From Lingula anatina (taxonomy: Eukaryota; Animalia; Brachiopoda), in NCBI GenBank assembly GCA_051362555.1, contig CM120642.1, positions 23,808,001 to 23,872,000 of the forward strand: DNA of 64,000 nt. The letters run 5' to 3'. Made by a program: the position numbers and the translations under genes. The notes beneath the pieces were generated by a model, which saw nothing but the letters and a program-made list of their open reading frames with translations, had not been told where the DNA came from and made no database searches. Positions 53,001-63,790 of the stretch are shown piece by piece; position 1 is the first letter of the stretch, and every line of letters begins with the position of its first letter.

Positions 53001-56000
53001 TTGTGCAATTGCACTTGCCCAGCATCCATGCTCCAAATTTAATTTTCCTCTATCCATTACCTTTTTAAAAAAATCAAAATAGCAGATGCAATCCTCCAAC
53101 TCTTACCCAAAATGGGCTATTGTGCAGCCGAAAGAATTACTGAGAATGGCCATATTGCAGTTTTAGGCATGCTCAAGCAAAGAACATACATTTTTTAATA
53201 ATATTTAATAATAATCTTCAATTTAACTTTATAGCTGTACGGGAGGACAGAATGAGAGGAGGAAGAAATAAATTCGGACCTATGTATAAACGAGACCGTG
53301 CCATGAAGCAGCAACAGGTCCGGCAACGCAGTGGTTCTCTCAATTCCTGCCAGTTAGCAATAAATGACAGCTTGGCATTGTACGACCAAGACCAAAGTCG
53401 CGACCAGGTTAGCCCCATAATGCTAAATATGAATGGTGGCCAAGTTGGTCCGAAGGGAGAGATGGACTCCACGGGCATTTTCATGGCAGACTCTTCCAAA
53501 GGAATGGCTTCTTTTCCCTCCTCTCAGTATTCTCCTGGACTTCTATCACATCCTGTTGCCCACAGTCATGTAGAGATGGCGCCACAGGTGCAAGTCCCAC
53601 ACCTTAACCAGCAATCCCAACCACCACAACAACAGCAGCAGCAACGACAACACCAGCATCAACAGCAACAACAACAACAGCGTCAGCAACAACAGCAGCA
53701 ACAACAGCGTCAGCCACAACAGCAGCAATATTTACCACAACTGCCTCAGCTAATGAAAGATTTACAAAAAATTGAAGCAGAGAGAGATAGAACAAAGGAG
53801 AATAAAGTAATTAACTTTCTTCTGGATCAGATCCCAAAGGTTGCTTCTGGGGATGTCCAGCCTTTGTTGATGATTCTGTGCAAGCTGGCAGATCAGATGC
53901 TGTTTTTATTAGTGGACTGGGCCAGGGCAGCTCTTTTCTTCAAAGACTTAAAGGTACGCTAGGCACAATTATGTGCTATAAGACTGAAAAAAAAAACTGT
54001 TCATCCCTTAAATATATCACTTTACCTGACATTCATGTTGGCCAAAGGTTGTATTGTATAAGTGTAAGAAATTAAAAAAAGTGCAGTGACGATTTGTTGG
54101 ACTGAGGAACACTGAATTTATGGTTACTGGGTCTCTTTGTTTGATGCCATGAAACACCTTATTTGATTAGATTTGTCTGCTTGTTGTTTTTTTAGAAAAG
54201 TCTTGAAAATGTCAGGAGTTATTTCTGATGTTTTATGAGATTCAAAATAAAAAGATGCACACATTTCTTTGTTGTAACATGAATACCTGGCATCTTCATC
54301 TTTTCTCGATAATTGATCAGTAGTACTAAAAATTCCTACAAGACACAAAATCAGCTAGGGTTGCACCTGTGGTCGTTCTTAGAATATATTGTTTTGCAGA
54401 TTTTCTGTTAGAGATGTTTTGGCCACAAATATGCAAAAAAAATGTGATTGAAATTATAGGAGCAGTGGATCTGGATAAGAAAGGTGTTGAGTGGTAGTTG
54501 TTTTAGCACCTTAAAACTGGGCTTTCACATATAGACAATGCATGTGTGTAGTTTGTGTAATTTTCTCAACTTTATTGCGCATAGTAAACCTTTGTGATTG
54601 GGAGAAAATTTTTGGAAAATGAATTTTTTGCTGCATTAAGGTCTAACAGGTATTGTTTTCTTTGAACATTGTGATTATGCACTGTGCTCGCTTCTACAAA
54701 TTACAGATTAAAAAAAAAACATTTTGCTATTAGTGCAGCTGCTTATGTTATATATATACTATTTCAGGTTGAAGATCAGATGAAGCTGCTTCAGAACTCG
54801 TGGAGTGAGCTGTTGATTATGGACTTCCTTTTTAAACAAATGAAAAACAAAAGTTGGCCATCTGATATAGTACTGGTAAGATAGCATGCCATCCCTCATG
54901 GGTTATGTATTGGTTTTAGTGTCTTTGATTCCCTGCATTTGGTTATGAACCATTTTTGTGCAGTAGCTTTAATCTTATTGTATTCACATTAGTTTATTGT
55001 TAAGACAGAGCATCTAATGCAGAATTTTTTAGGGGTGAGGGTGGGGGCAGCACAGTAGACACTTCACCCCTAATCATAAAGTGCACCATCTGCCCCTCCC
55101 CCAATACAAATAAAGGGGGAGGGGACAAAACGTAGCAATTGTATCTATATATTATAGTAAAATTGTACTGTTTTTAAGCAATGCAATATTATATGCTTGT
55201 TCCCTCTTCCTTAGCAAAATTCTGGATATACATGTAACTTAAAAAAAAAAAACTGTACATTTTGGCTAGAAACCTCATCCTTTTCCCCACCCCCTTGAAA
55301 TCCCACCACAGTCCTCCTCAGAGCATATCACACAGACTATATAACTCCGGAGGGGGGATAAAAGGTGTTATTTTTAAGGTGTTCAAGCTCTCTTCATTTT
55401 GCTCACACACACAGAATGTGGATATATAAAGACATTTTTCCTTGTCATTTCAGCCAACAGGGCAACTGCTAAGGGCAGAGTATATGAACTCCCTCGATGT
55501 AGTAGATATCAAGAACCGGCTGTCAGATCTAGTCAAAAAGTTCCAGGAGCTGAAACTGGATCACAATGAATACCTGTGTCTTAAATACCTGTTATTGCTC
55601 AATCCAGGTAAGCCAGGCAAACTGATTACATTTAGCGAGAGTCCCCACAGAGATGGATTAATTTATATAGACAGGTAGTTTCAATGGGAATGAGCCCGTT
55701 GAATGATCTTTTGCACAACCCAAAAGAAAAGTGTTAAATGACAGAACATATAAGAAGTGGAACACTTGAGTAAAAACAGATTAAATTTGTTTTGCAAGGA
55801 AATGTGATTGCTTGGAGGTAATATTTGGCAAAATATGCCCAGGACTCATTAAAATGCCATTTCGTGGGCTTTCATATGTAATGACAGGTTTTCATATATC
55901 AGGTATTTGACATCCTTTCTTAGTAAAGATATTGATATCACTGTTGAAAAACTGCATTTTAAAATAGCAGAGTGAATTGATTATATTGGAATTTAAATTC

Positions 56001-56599
56001 CCCATCAGTGAACTGATCGATGTACACCACAACATCAATTAGAGATCAGCTGGAAAATTTGTGTATAGTAATTTTTGAAGTTTAAAGCTTTGTATAGTTT
56101 TTTTTATATATTTAATTGATAATCTTTGTGTATTCCTGCTTAAATGTTGAATTTTGTACCACCCTTTGTCAATTTATGATTTTCATTGTACTATTTTTTG
56201 GGGGAATTTTTAAATTTATCAAAAGCTTTTACCTTCTTTTTATTTTTGAGTGCTGTATTTTAGAAAGAATAAAGCATTTTATATTTATTTTCTCCAAAAC
56301 TTTGATTATAAGATATTTCAAGTTTTAATAGTTCACCTTTGTCTGTTATAGATGTAAACGGTGTCTTGGAGCAGCGTTATGTCGAACAATGCCAAGAGCG
56401 GATTAACGCAACCCTTTTGGAGTACAGTATGCTGTTTAACCCAGACTTTAAGGATAAATTTGGACAGTTATTGCTGCGAATGTCTGAGATACGATTGTTG
56501 AGTATACGGGTTGAGGAATATCTGTACTATCGACACCTTCATGGGGATGTACCAGAACAGACTCTGTTAATGGAGATGTTACATGCCAAGAGGAAATGA
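23096..56599 (+). CDS. ftz-f1: Nuclear receptor NR5A (FTZ-F1/SF-1/LRH-1 family), spliced gene; long isoform exons 23096-23303, 45613-45744, 52384-52524, 53235-53953, 54768-54875, 55454-55607, 56352-56599 (569 aa)
   Basis: [38 protein letters not shown]; FTZ-F1 box [27 protein letters not shown]; AF-2 [11 protein letters not shown]; all junctions GT-AG and in phase. Attachment of the 23096 exon is inferred. Confidence 0.9.
23608..23919 (-). mobile_element. TTAA-flanked Kolobok-like non-autonomous element
   Basis: ttaa|aagggataac...gttatcgct|ttaa; core gatgacaagcacagatttcagaataat shared (inverted) with 48436-48990. Confidence 0.7.
24554..24810. mobile_element. Near-perfect palindromic MITE (~120-bp arms, very short loop)
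   Basis: GGCTTCGTTCACATGCAATGTCTATTTTCT...AGAAAATAGACATTGCATGTGAACGAAGCC, flanked by tta / taa. Confidence 0.92.
25078..25413 (+). mobile_element. Possible solo LTR
   Basis: TGTTATGA...TCACGACA ends, TATA-like at ~25168, AATAAA at ~25283, CpG retained; no TSD found. Confidence 0.4.
27051..27297 (+). mobile_element. MITE family B, diverged copy
   Basis: ggatcgattt..ccctggggagtctc...cccagggagttagaccgatccagatggatcgatc. Confidence 0.78.
27657..27766. mobile_element. Degenerate hAT-like MITE
   Basis: CAGGGCTTGAAA...TTTCGAGGCTG ends and internal ttgcaaattgcaac / gttgcaatttgcaa; no TSD. Confidence 0.5.
27936..28227. mobile_element. Hairpin MITE, family A-related, TAA TSD (PIF/Harbinger-like)
   Basis: taa|GGGAGCATTCACAT...ATGTGAATGCTCCC|taa with ~85-bp arms. 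Confidence 0.9.
30065..30375 (+). mobile_element. 5'-truncated, decayed RTE-clade LINE (3' end of ORF2)
   Basis: Across frameshifts reads [25 protein letters not shown]...WNPQGKRKR...[14 protein letters not shown]...GVVDGLC, the RTE C-terminal pattern; short GTA-type tail. Confidence 0.8.
31196..31230. repeat. (TG)n microsatellite
   Basis: Direct reading. Confidence 0.95.
31500..32440 (+). pseudogene. Decayed transposase-like ORF (probably hAT-related C-terminal half)
   Basis: Fragments [61 protein letters not shown] and LLGKAM, interrupted by stops and frameshifts; family assignment from memory. Confidence 0.55.
33075..33289 (+). mobile_element. MITE family B
   Basis: Nearly identical to 48703-48917. 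Confidence 0.9.
36098..36232 (+). repeat. Local direct repeat (~50 bp, two copies)
   Basis: tcataacca..gtcttttctaacacaatcc..ttgtga.aaaatcaca.cc twice. Confidence 0.7.
36263..36313. repeat. (TA)n microsatellite (others at 37021-37048 and 40557-40617)
   Basis: Direct reading. Confidence 0.95.
36474..36757. mobile_element. Hairpin MITE, family A
   Basis: GGCCCCATCCAGAAT...ATTCTGAATGGGGCC; homologous to 39848-40102. Confidence 0.85.
39315..39489. mobile_element. Hairpin MITE, family A, TAA TSD
   Basis: taa|GGCTTCATTTAGAATAGGGGACTAACTAGTCC...GGACTAGTTAGTTCCCTATTCTGAATAGGGCC|taa. Confidence 0.88.
39621..40156. mobile_element. Family A MITE interrupted by a second family A MITE (inner copy 39848-40102)
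   Basis: The inner copy is flanked by TTT/TTT; removing it restores the family motif catatttgatcc. Confidence 0.8.
41880..42016 (+). promoter_or_regulatory. Candidate proximal NR5A promoter
   Basis: CCAAT at 41935 and 41945, CATTGT (Sox-like) at ~41885 and ~41919, and local CpG retention in an otherwise depleted intron. Confidence 0.45.
42017..42104 (+). CDS. ftz-f1: NR5A proximal alternative first coding exon ([29 protein letters not shown]), giving a 529-aa isoform
   Basis: acaATGG Kozak context; 88 nt; T|gtatgt donor in phase 1; twin CCAAT boxes just upstream. Confidence 0.65.
43205..43358. mobile_element. Internally deleted family A MITE, TTA TSD
   Basis: tta|GGGTGCTTTCAGAAC...GTTGTGAATGGGGCC|tta; ggccatatttgatcc motif. 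Confidence 0.75.
45613..45744 (+). CDS. ftz-f1: NR5A exon, zinc finger 1
   Basis: ttttag acceptor; [43 protein letters not shown]; G|gtagg donor. Confidence 0.96.
45851..46030. mobile_element. Hairpin MITE, family A (closest to 4986-5163)
   Basis: gatcaaatatgg..acccacttgaatgcttgttgc...tattcagtgtc...caagcttttaag shared with the 4986 copy. Confidence 0.82.
46050..46250 (+). mobile_element. 3' end fragment of a CR1/L2-type LINE
   Basis: [21 protein letters not shown] matches the LPxxVVxAxSxNxFKNRLDxxW C-terminal motif of CR1-group ORF2. Confidence 0.72.
47035..47077. repeat. (AAT)n microsatellite
   Basis: Direct reading. Confidence 0.95.
47591..48083 (-). mobile_element. Solo LTR (493 bp), 4-bp TSD, antisense to NR5A
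   Basis: attt|TGTA...AACA|attt; on the minus strand a TATA-like GATATAAG (~47890-47883) precedes AATAAA (47748-47743); CpG retained. Confidence 0.78.
48436..48990 (+). mobile_element. Kolobok-like element (same family as 23608-23919) carrying a nested family B MITE
   Basis: aaaaggataac...gttatcccttt ends; shared core at ~48635-48685. Confidence 0.68.
48703..48917 (+). mobile_element. MITE family B (nested)
   Basis: GGCTCTATTCCCATAGATTTTAGATCGATCT...ATCTATGGAAATGGGGTG. Confidence 0.9.
49899..52029. mobile_element. 2.1-kb TTAA-flanked DNA transposon, Kolobok-like, non-autonomous
   Basis: ttaa|GGCCGGTGATAG...CTATCACTGGCC|ttaa; CpG-rich interior contrasts with the flanking intron; only short ORFs. 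Confidence 0.85.
52384..52524 (+). CDS. ftz-f1: NR5A exon, zinc finger 2 (141 nt)
   Basis: [46 protein letters not shown]; cag/gt boundaries. Confidence 0.96.
53235..53953 (+). CDS. ftz-f1: NR5A exon: FTZ-F1 box, polyQ hinge, LBD helices 1-4
   Basis: [23 protein letters not shown]...[26 protein letters not shown]|gtacg. Confidence 0.96.
53608..53728 (+). repeat. Coding CAA/CAG polyglutamine tract in the NR5A hinge
   Basis: [40 protein letters not shown]. Confidence 0.95.
54768..54875 (+). CDS. ftz-f1: NR5A LBD exon
   Basis: [19 protein letters not shown]...DIVL|gtaag. Confidence 0.95.
55454..55607 (+). CDS. ftz-f1: NR5A LBD exon
   Basis: PTGQ...[20 protein letters not shown]|gtaag. Confidence 0.95.
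56352..56599 (+). CDS. ftz-f1: NR5A last coding exon with AF-2
   Basis: [14 protein letters not shown]...[28 protein letters not shown]-stop. Confidence 0.96.
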
Positions 56600-59500
56600 A
56601 TGGTTGTTTGAAATAGGAAATTGGCTTGCTCCTGTGCAGAAAAATGGAAAGAGGAAGATATCGTTGGTGAAACTGTGATATGCGTGATTGTGATGAAATG
56701 TTATCACATCTAGTAGCATTAGGACATGAATAATTGTGCAGCATGTTTGTGTACGTCTCATCTTTGTCTCTTACTTTCTTTCTCTTTCTCTCCCTCTCTC
56801 TCTCTAGCTCTCTTTCTCTCAATGGTTGTGTCAGAAAAAAAGACCTGGCCAGTTTTGGAGAGATAAGAAGACATTTGGCTTAACAGATAAGCCAAGTGGC
56901 TTTCAATAAAATAAGGAGTGGAAACATGGCATTTGATTTTCTTTTTGCTGATCATCTCCCCGTATAATTTTTCTAATTCTCTAATGGAGACTCTTCCAAA
57001 TAAAAAGTATGTTTTGCAGAATTAAAAGTAATGACATAAATTGTAATTGGAATGAACAAAACATGAGTGTTGCCGCATGCTGCTGTTGCATCTGACTTTA
57101 GGTGGGGAATACCTTGCTTCTGGGTGTAAGGCTCATTCATTATGTTTATCTTACATCCAAAATTAAGAAGTAGATTCAATGTCATCTCTTTTCAAATCAA
57201 GTTTGCCTATGTATTGAGAAGATTGAGAATCGCTTATGGCAAACATCAAGTTTTTTTGCAGATATACTTATGTTAATTTGTATTTTATCTTTGTGAATGA
57301 CAGAGGAAGATTTTCTGCACAATAATTTCAAGAGACATGTCATTCAGGGGTATTGGACTCCCAATTCAGAGGTAGAGTGGAGAAATTACTCTGGCATTTT
57401 GTCTCTCTTTTTTTATTTTTATTTATTTATTTATTTATTTACTAACAGTTTACTTAAAATAATATCTTCACAGAGTAACTACATATTCAGGCTTTCTTTG
57501 TGTCAAATGTGCCCATGTTATAAAACACAGATGCTGAGCTTACTCATGCCTTGATTTTAATGTGCATTGCACAGCTCACTATCTTTCAAGCTTTTTTGGC
57601 AGTATCACTGGAGTTCTGCCCCAGTGTTTTAGTGGGTGGTTTCTTTAAGTTGGAACAGGATCACAATTTGTTTCAAACACTATTTGTTAATCATTTGATA
57701 GACAATCATAAAATTTCCAGTGATGGTACAGGATTGTTGAAGGCTTTTTGTTTAAGGTTTTTGATACAGAGATATAAAAGTCAGAAAACCATTTAAAGAA
57801 AAGGCTAAGTCCACATATTTGTTGATAAAATCTGAACTGTGTCTCATAAGAATAATTTAAAGTATAGTTTGTATCCTCTTGATAGATAAACAATGCCTTG
57901 AAATTATGTAGATAGATGTTCCTAGTTGGAGAAATGGCAGAAACCTCCAAAAAATATTTTGACTCCAAAACCACATCTGTTACATAATTTAATTTATTGC
58001 CAATTATTTGTTCACAAAATTTGAATGAAATTGTATCCGTGACACAAAAAAAATCTTGTCATTTTTATACTATGTGCCAGATAATGTGCTTTGTGAGTAT
58101 TTGCAAGGTATTCCCCCCTAAGAATTCATCACATGCTCAATTTACCACACTTAGTGCAATATTTGGACCAAGCCCTCTGTGAAACAAAATCTGCAGTCAA
58201 TAGACTTAACTGTAAAAAAAGACCTTATTATGTTATATCTTTGAGAGGGGTGACATCTATGTTTGTGACTTGCTGGAGACAATTGACAAGAAATGTAAGG
58301 AACACAAGGTTAGATGAAAATTACATTAAACCTGTGAATGGCATATCTTTTATTGGTAATCTGTATGTTTTCTGATAATGGAGGGGTTGAAAATTAGCTT
58401 TATAAGATTTTGGTAGGATTTGGAATACCGAATGCTTGAGTTTTTGGCTTCTTTTGTCTCTAAAACTGACAACCTGTTGATATAGAAGCTGTTACTATCT
58501 TATTTTCACCAAAAACTTTTAACCAAAGGCAGGGAAGTGGACTGTAGAATTTTTGAGTTTGAACATGTACAGTAAGCGGGAGGACAGCTGCAGTGTCTTC
58601 TCCATCATCTTTTAATTCAACTGGGATTGGTAAAGATAAAAGAAAGTCTGTGTTGAAGAAAAAAAAATGCCTCGGCATTTTATTCTACAACAATTAAGTA
58701 TATGCTTAAGGCAGAATAATCAAACTTTTTTTGCTAAATTTAAAAGGTATTTTCTTGCCAATTTGTACATGAGTCTGGTGTCTTTCTATACCCTTCCTTT
58801 ACAGTCACTTAGGCTTCCCAATGTAATGAGTTGTAATTTTCAGCATAGTCAATGATGTACACTATGATTTTGTATATTATACTGGTCAGATTGTGTGGAT
58901 ATTATGGACATTTCTGCTTGAAAACAAGCCAAGTTTTTTTTTTTTTTTTTTTGTAAAGAGCATTTACAGATAATGACAAGGTTATTTGGGTCAGAGGTGA
59001 CATTTTGTTGTACACGTTTGAGGAGTTTAAGGCAGCAGCTTAATGATTTGTGGCCATCTATACATATTTAGTGGTCCAGAGGTAATGCTTTTGATAAGAA
59101 AACATGATTTTAACCCATGCCAGTGGTTGTAAATATATAATATTATATATTTTGTTGAAAATGCTTCAGATTTTATTTACTTCATGTCTGCGGAGCAGAA
59201 TGGTAGTTTTCTTCTATCAGTTTCTTTTTTAAGTGTGACACTGTTGTTGGGATGTTGGGTACCAAAAAATCAGCTATTACTGCCTAGGTACAATGTCTCC
59301 CAAATTGGTGGGAGCTTTAAGACATTTTAAATTTGTTATTATATTGTATAATAAGTTACATAACTTTGTTGTATTTGGTATACTGTACAAAGTACAAAAG
59401 GTAAAGACATTGTAACATTAAGATTTAATTTTTGCCTTCCATACTTGCTTCTTTTTTCAAGTCTTTAAAATTCAGGGTCACGGTTATTTCATTACTGAAT

Positions 59501-59708
59501 GTAAAAATTCAAATAGGACATTATTAGTACTACATTAACTGTGGCTTTGAGGTTAATTTGCTTTGTTTTTCAAACAAATAGTTGTTATTAAAAAGTCCTT
59601 TTTCTTATTAAAGTGGTAAGACAAAAATGGCAGTGAAAATAGTATTATTGTAATATTTGGTGTCAAAATGAGGCACTCACACTAAATCAGTGATCAAAAA
59701 ATCTGTAA

Positions 59709-59961
59709 GACCCCATTCCCATAGATATTTAGATCAATCTATCCTCCTGAGGAGTCTCACTAGATTGGTGTCCGCTTAACCGGCTTAAATATCTGTCCTG
59801 CCAACTAAAAGCTGTAAGGGGGTAATTAACTGTCGTGCGCTCGGTTGACAGCAATTTAGCGTGAACCCCCAGGGAGCTATGTCGATCCATGTGGATTGAT
59901 CTAACACCCAGGGAGTTAGGTCGATCCAGATGGATCGATCTAAATTTCTGGTAATTCAGTC
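59709..59961 (+). mobile_element. MITE family B with duplicated 3' subterminal block, TAA TSD
   Basis: taa|GACCCCATTCCCATAG...; ccccagggag.ta.gtcgatcca..tggat.gatctaa present twice. Confidence 0.88.
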
Positions 59962-62419
59962 TAAGACTGTTCCTTGTCAATATGTAGATGATTTGAAACA
60001 AATGTACATGTAGTAAAATTTCCATTTAAAATTTATTCCACCCCAAGTAACCATGTCACTGTTGTTTGGAAAGTATTTGAATGATTATTACATTGTATTG
60101 ATGCATCTGGGCTCATTATATTTAACTGGGTTGATTGTGACAATTGCCTATTTGCATTTGAAAAAAAAAATGATCAATTCTTCTCACTAGAAGATATCCA
60201 CCCTACAAAATTTCCCCATCTCAGTCAAAAAAATTGTAAGAAGTGAAAGGATTGATGATTCAGTGCTAATTATGGACGTTCTCTTTAAAAGAAAACCCTT
60301 CTAAAGCCTGAATTATGCTTTTGATAGCAGAATTCAACCCTTAAGAAGTTGTTCAGTATAATTTCTCTTATACATTTTGATTAGATTTAATGGATGGTTG
60401 TAGTTAAAAATTTGGAGTATTTTCAAGTAGTTCGTTCAACTTTAAATGTACGTGAGAATGGATGCAGCTTCTTTAATATTCATCCCACAAAATAATTGTG
60501 TTAATTATATGGTGTTCTGAAGCTTGCAGGTTCAGCTGGAAATATAGCAAGTTAATTTCATGCCAATGGCAGCCGAGTATTTTTAAATACATTATCATAT
60601 TAATTCTGAATATAATTTGGTGCAAATCTCATATTTTTAAAGTATGTGGGTTAGTCATGCTCTTAGGTATAAAATTATTAATGAGCAAAATAATTGGATA
60701 GAGCTTGCAAAGTTCTATTTTTTTTTTTTTTTTGTCTTTTTTAGCTGTCCATTTGTTGCAATCATGAATAAAGCCCAAGCTATTTTGTATATGTATTTGA
60801 AGAGTTCTGTGGTTTCTGTGAAAGAAGCAGTTATAATGATCTTCTTTCAATAAATGTGAATGTATGATAGGAGCTTTGTAGAAAATGTAAATCCATCCTC
60901 TATAACTAGAAAATATAAACTAGGCAGCAAGATGGGCACACATACAAAAAAAGAAAAAAAAAAATGCCCCAATACGCAAAATCTGAAGCCTGAGAGATGT
61001 TGTTTAACTCCCACATCACGCTGATGGACAGTCGCTTCAGAACAAATATGAATGAGTATTTTGCCACCGGTATCCACAGAGTTCCTTCGACGAAAGCTGC
61101 ACAAGAAAACGGTGTTCAGTTTCAAACACCCACACTAAGTAATGCAAGGTTACAAAGCATAGGTTAAACATGGTGGTGCTTAGGACGCATTGTCCAATCA
61201 TAGGACGTAATTGGACTTAAATCTGCACATGTATGGACCAAACTGTCTTTGCTAATTTCACCCAATGCCTAATCTGGGTCACTAGTCTCATGTTTTACAA
61301 GGGATACTACACAGATAAATACATGTCCAGCAAGCGAAAAAGATAGAAAGAAAGGGTAAGGTTTTTACTCATATACATTACAAGGCTTCCTAACTACTAC
61401 GTGCGATAATAATTTATAGAATAATATTCATGTGTTTGTGTATGACACAAAAATCCCTGTACTAGTAACAGATTAAATTTTACAGTCAGGTAGAAACATA
61501 AACAAAGGTACTAAAAATTTTGCTCTTCATCTCCAGCTTTTACTGGTTCAAGACATCATTTGCCTGATATTTGTGTTATATGCAAGAAAAAGGACAAGTG
61601 GATAACGGTGAAAAATCAGAGAGAGAGATAAGCCGAAGGAAGCAGACATGTACTGTAACTGCAGGTATGTACAACATTAAGTAAAATGAAACCATAAACC
61701 CTGCATATGCATTATTTATGGTCATGATAGTATTACATGATGTTAGTTATTTTGGTGACTTTGTGAGTTTTGATGTTTTTTTTTTTTTTTTTTTTGAAAA
61801 TATATTTTCATTTCGATAGCACAAATCAATATTGGACTCAAATATTTCACATTGAACACATTTTTATGTGAAAATCTCATGTGAGTGATAATTCAGTTTA
61901 CATTTTTAAACCAAGTACAATTATATTAGCTTTCTAAATATTTTATGGGGTACTTCAGAAAATGTTGTACATAAATAGTATTTAAAATTATAATTGTTAC
62001 TATGACAATGGATTTTTAATCCAAAGTCAGTAGAATATTGAAACAAATATTTTTCTTTTCTGTTCCTCTGCTCAAAGGCAACTTGAACAAGGTAGCAAAA
62101 TTTAAAAAATGATGGGTCTGTCCTTGTGCATATAGGGAGTGAAATGTGTGTATTGGTGCAGTACCTTTACCAGATATGCAAGAGACAAAAAGAAAAAAAA
62201 ATGTACGTATTAACTGGCCAGATCAATGCATCAAATTTATGTTTCCTTTCCAGTATATTATAAATGAGCTAAATTAACTTCTTGTACAGGATGAGTGGTC
62301 TTTTATTTATATTTACTTTATATGTTTTATCTCTTTTGCTTATCTCCTAATAGGCCAGCTTAACCCGTGGAATATAAGCTACTAAACATTTTGTAACTTT
62401 GTTGTGAAAGAAAGACTAT

Positions 62420-62643
62420 GGGTGTATTTCCAGAGATTAAGATCGATCCAGGGATTAAAATTTAGATCGACCTAACTCCCTGGGGGTTCACGCTAAATTG
62501 CAGTCAGACGAGCGCACCATAGTTAATTACCCCTTTACAGCTTTTAGTAGGCGGGACAGACGCTTAAGCTGGCTAAGCTGACAGTAATCTAGTGAGACTC
62601 CCCACAGGGATAGATCAATCTAAAAATCTATGGAAATGAGGTG
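62420..62643 (-). mobile_element. MITE family B
   Basis: Nearly identical to 19776-20038 except for a ~37-bp block. Confidence 0.9.
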
Positions 62644-62959
62644 TAAGTGTAGGATGGAGGTTCTGCAAGTGGCCAAACTGACCTCACTGTTCAAGGCTGA
62701 AGTTGAAAAACATTCAGGTGGTAATACATCTGGTTTTAGGTGAGACACTGACTGGTGATTTTTTAATTAAAAAAACTGATCACTGATTGAGGATTTTTTT
62801 TAGGAAAAGGTAATAAAAGTATAGTTGTTCAGTTTAGTTAAGATTTCATTACACATTTGATTGTTTCACAATAATCACTCAAAGAGTGAAGTCTGGATTT
62901 TGAGTCATTATTACTGATGTTGTTGTACATCATCTTGTTACTTCTGTTTTTTATTATTC

Positions 62960-63790
62960 AAGAATGATAAACTCAAATGGTGGCTGATGAGAGATATTCC
63001 ACTGACAGCTCGTTTTTCATAAAAGTCAGAGAAGTGCAAGTGAGATTGTGTTTGTGAAGGAGCTACAGGCAACAGACCTTCTGCAGCCCCTGCTAATTAG
63101 TTCTGGTACATCAGAGACAGAAAAGCAGAAATGAATGATGGAGAACTGGTGTGATATACTTGAAAGACACTCCAGACACGACACCAAGGCCTCCCTCTTC
63201 CAGTGAATTAATTTACCAATGCAGCAGCCAAAGAAGTTGTTCGAAATGAGCTATATCTTCTTCATTCTTGGGCCAGTTCCGCTTCTGAAGAGCCAACACT
63301 AGATAATCTCTCTTTGCCAGAAGAAATTTAACTCACACCAAGCTGCTGTCAATCTGTCGAGATATTGTACAAAATTTAAAGGGAGGAAAAATACCAAGAA
63401 GTAACTCTATCTCTGACAACAAGACACTTGACTGGGTCTTCCCAACTGCTCACATCATTAAAAAAATAGCAGCATCATATACTTAACCATTGTAGGTCTA
63501 GAGATCAGTATTGTCTGACTCCAGGTGCTATCCTCCAATGATATACCAGCAGGTTTCATCAGAGGATTTTCCACAATTCTGTTACAATTCTGGGACAATA
63601 TTGACTTTAAGGAAGAAACTCTCACTGGGGCTGGAACTACCCACAATTCTTATTGGCATGATTCAAAGAAAGCAGCTAAATGTGTCACTGCCAAGCCAAG
63701 AGAGACAGTCATTGACCAAAAAGAAAGTCTCTGCGATTACAAGAGACAGTCCTGAATTTAACATACTTAAAAAAATCAAAATCAACATGT
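62960..63790 (+). pseudogene. Decayed Academ-like transposase fragment
   Basis: Across frameshifts: KLLSICRDIV, TRHLTGSSQLLTSL, NDIPAGF, WDNIDFKEETLTGAGTTHN, GMIQRK; superfamily assignment from recalled motifs. Confidence 0.68.

Noticed and set aside
53546-53795. Poly-Leu and poly-Val/Ala minus-strand ORFs
   Set aside because: Antisense shadows of the polyQ tract.
56600-62400. Numerous short ORFs downstream of NR5A
   Set aside because: AT-rich 3' UTR or intergenic sequence with low-complexity translations and no splice-supported model.
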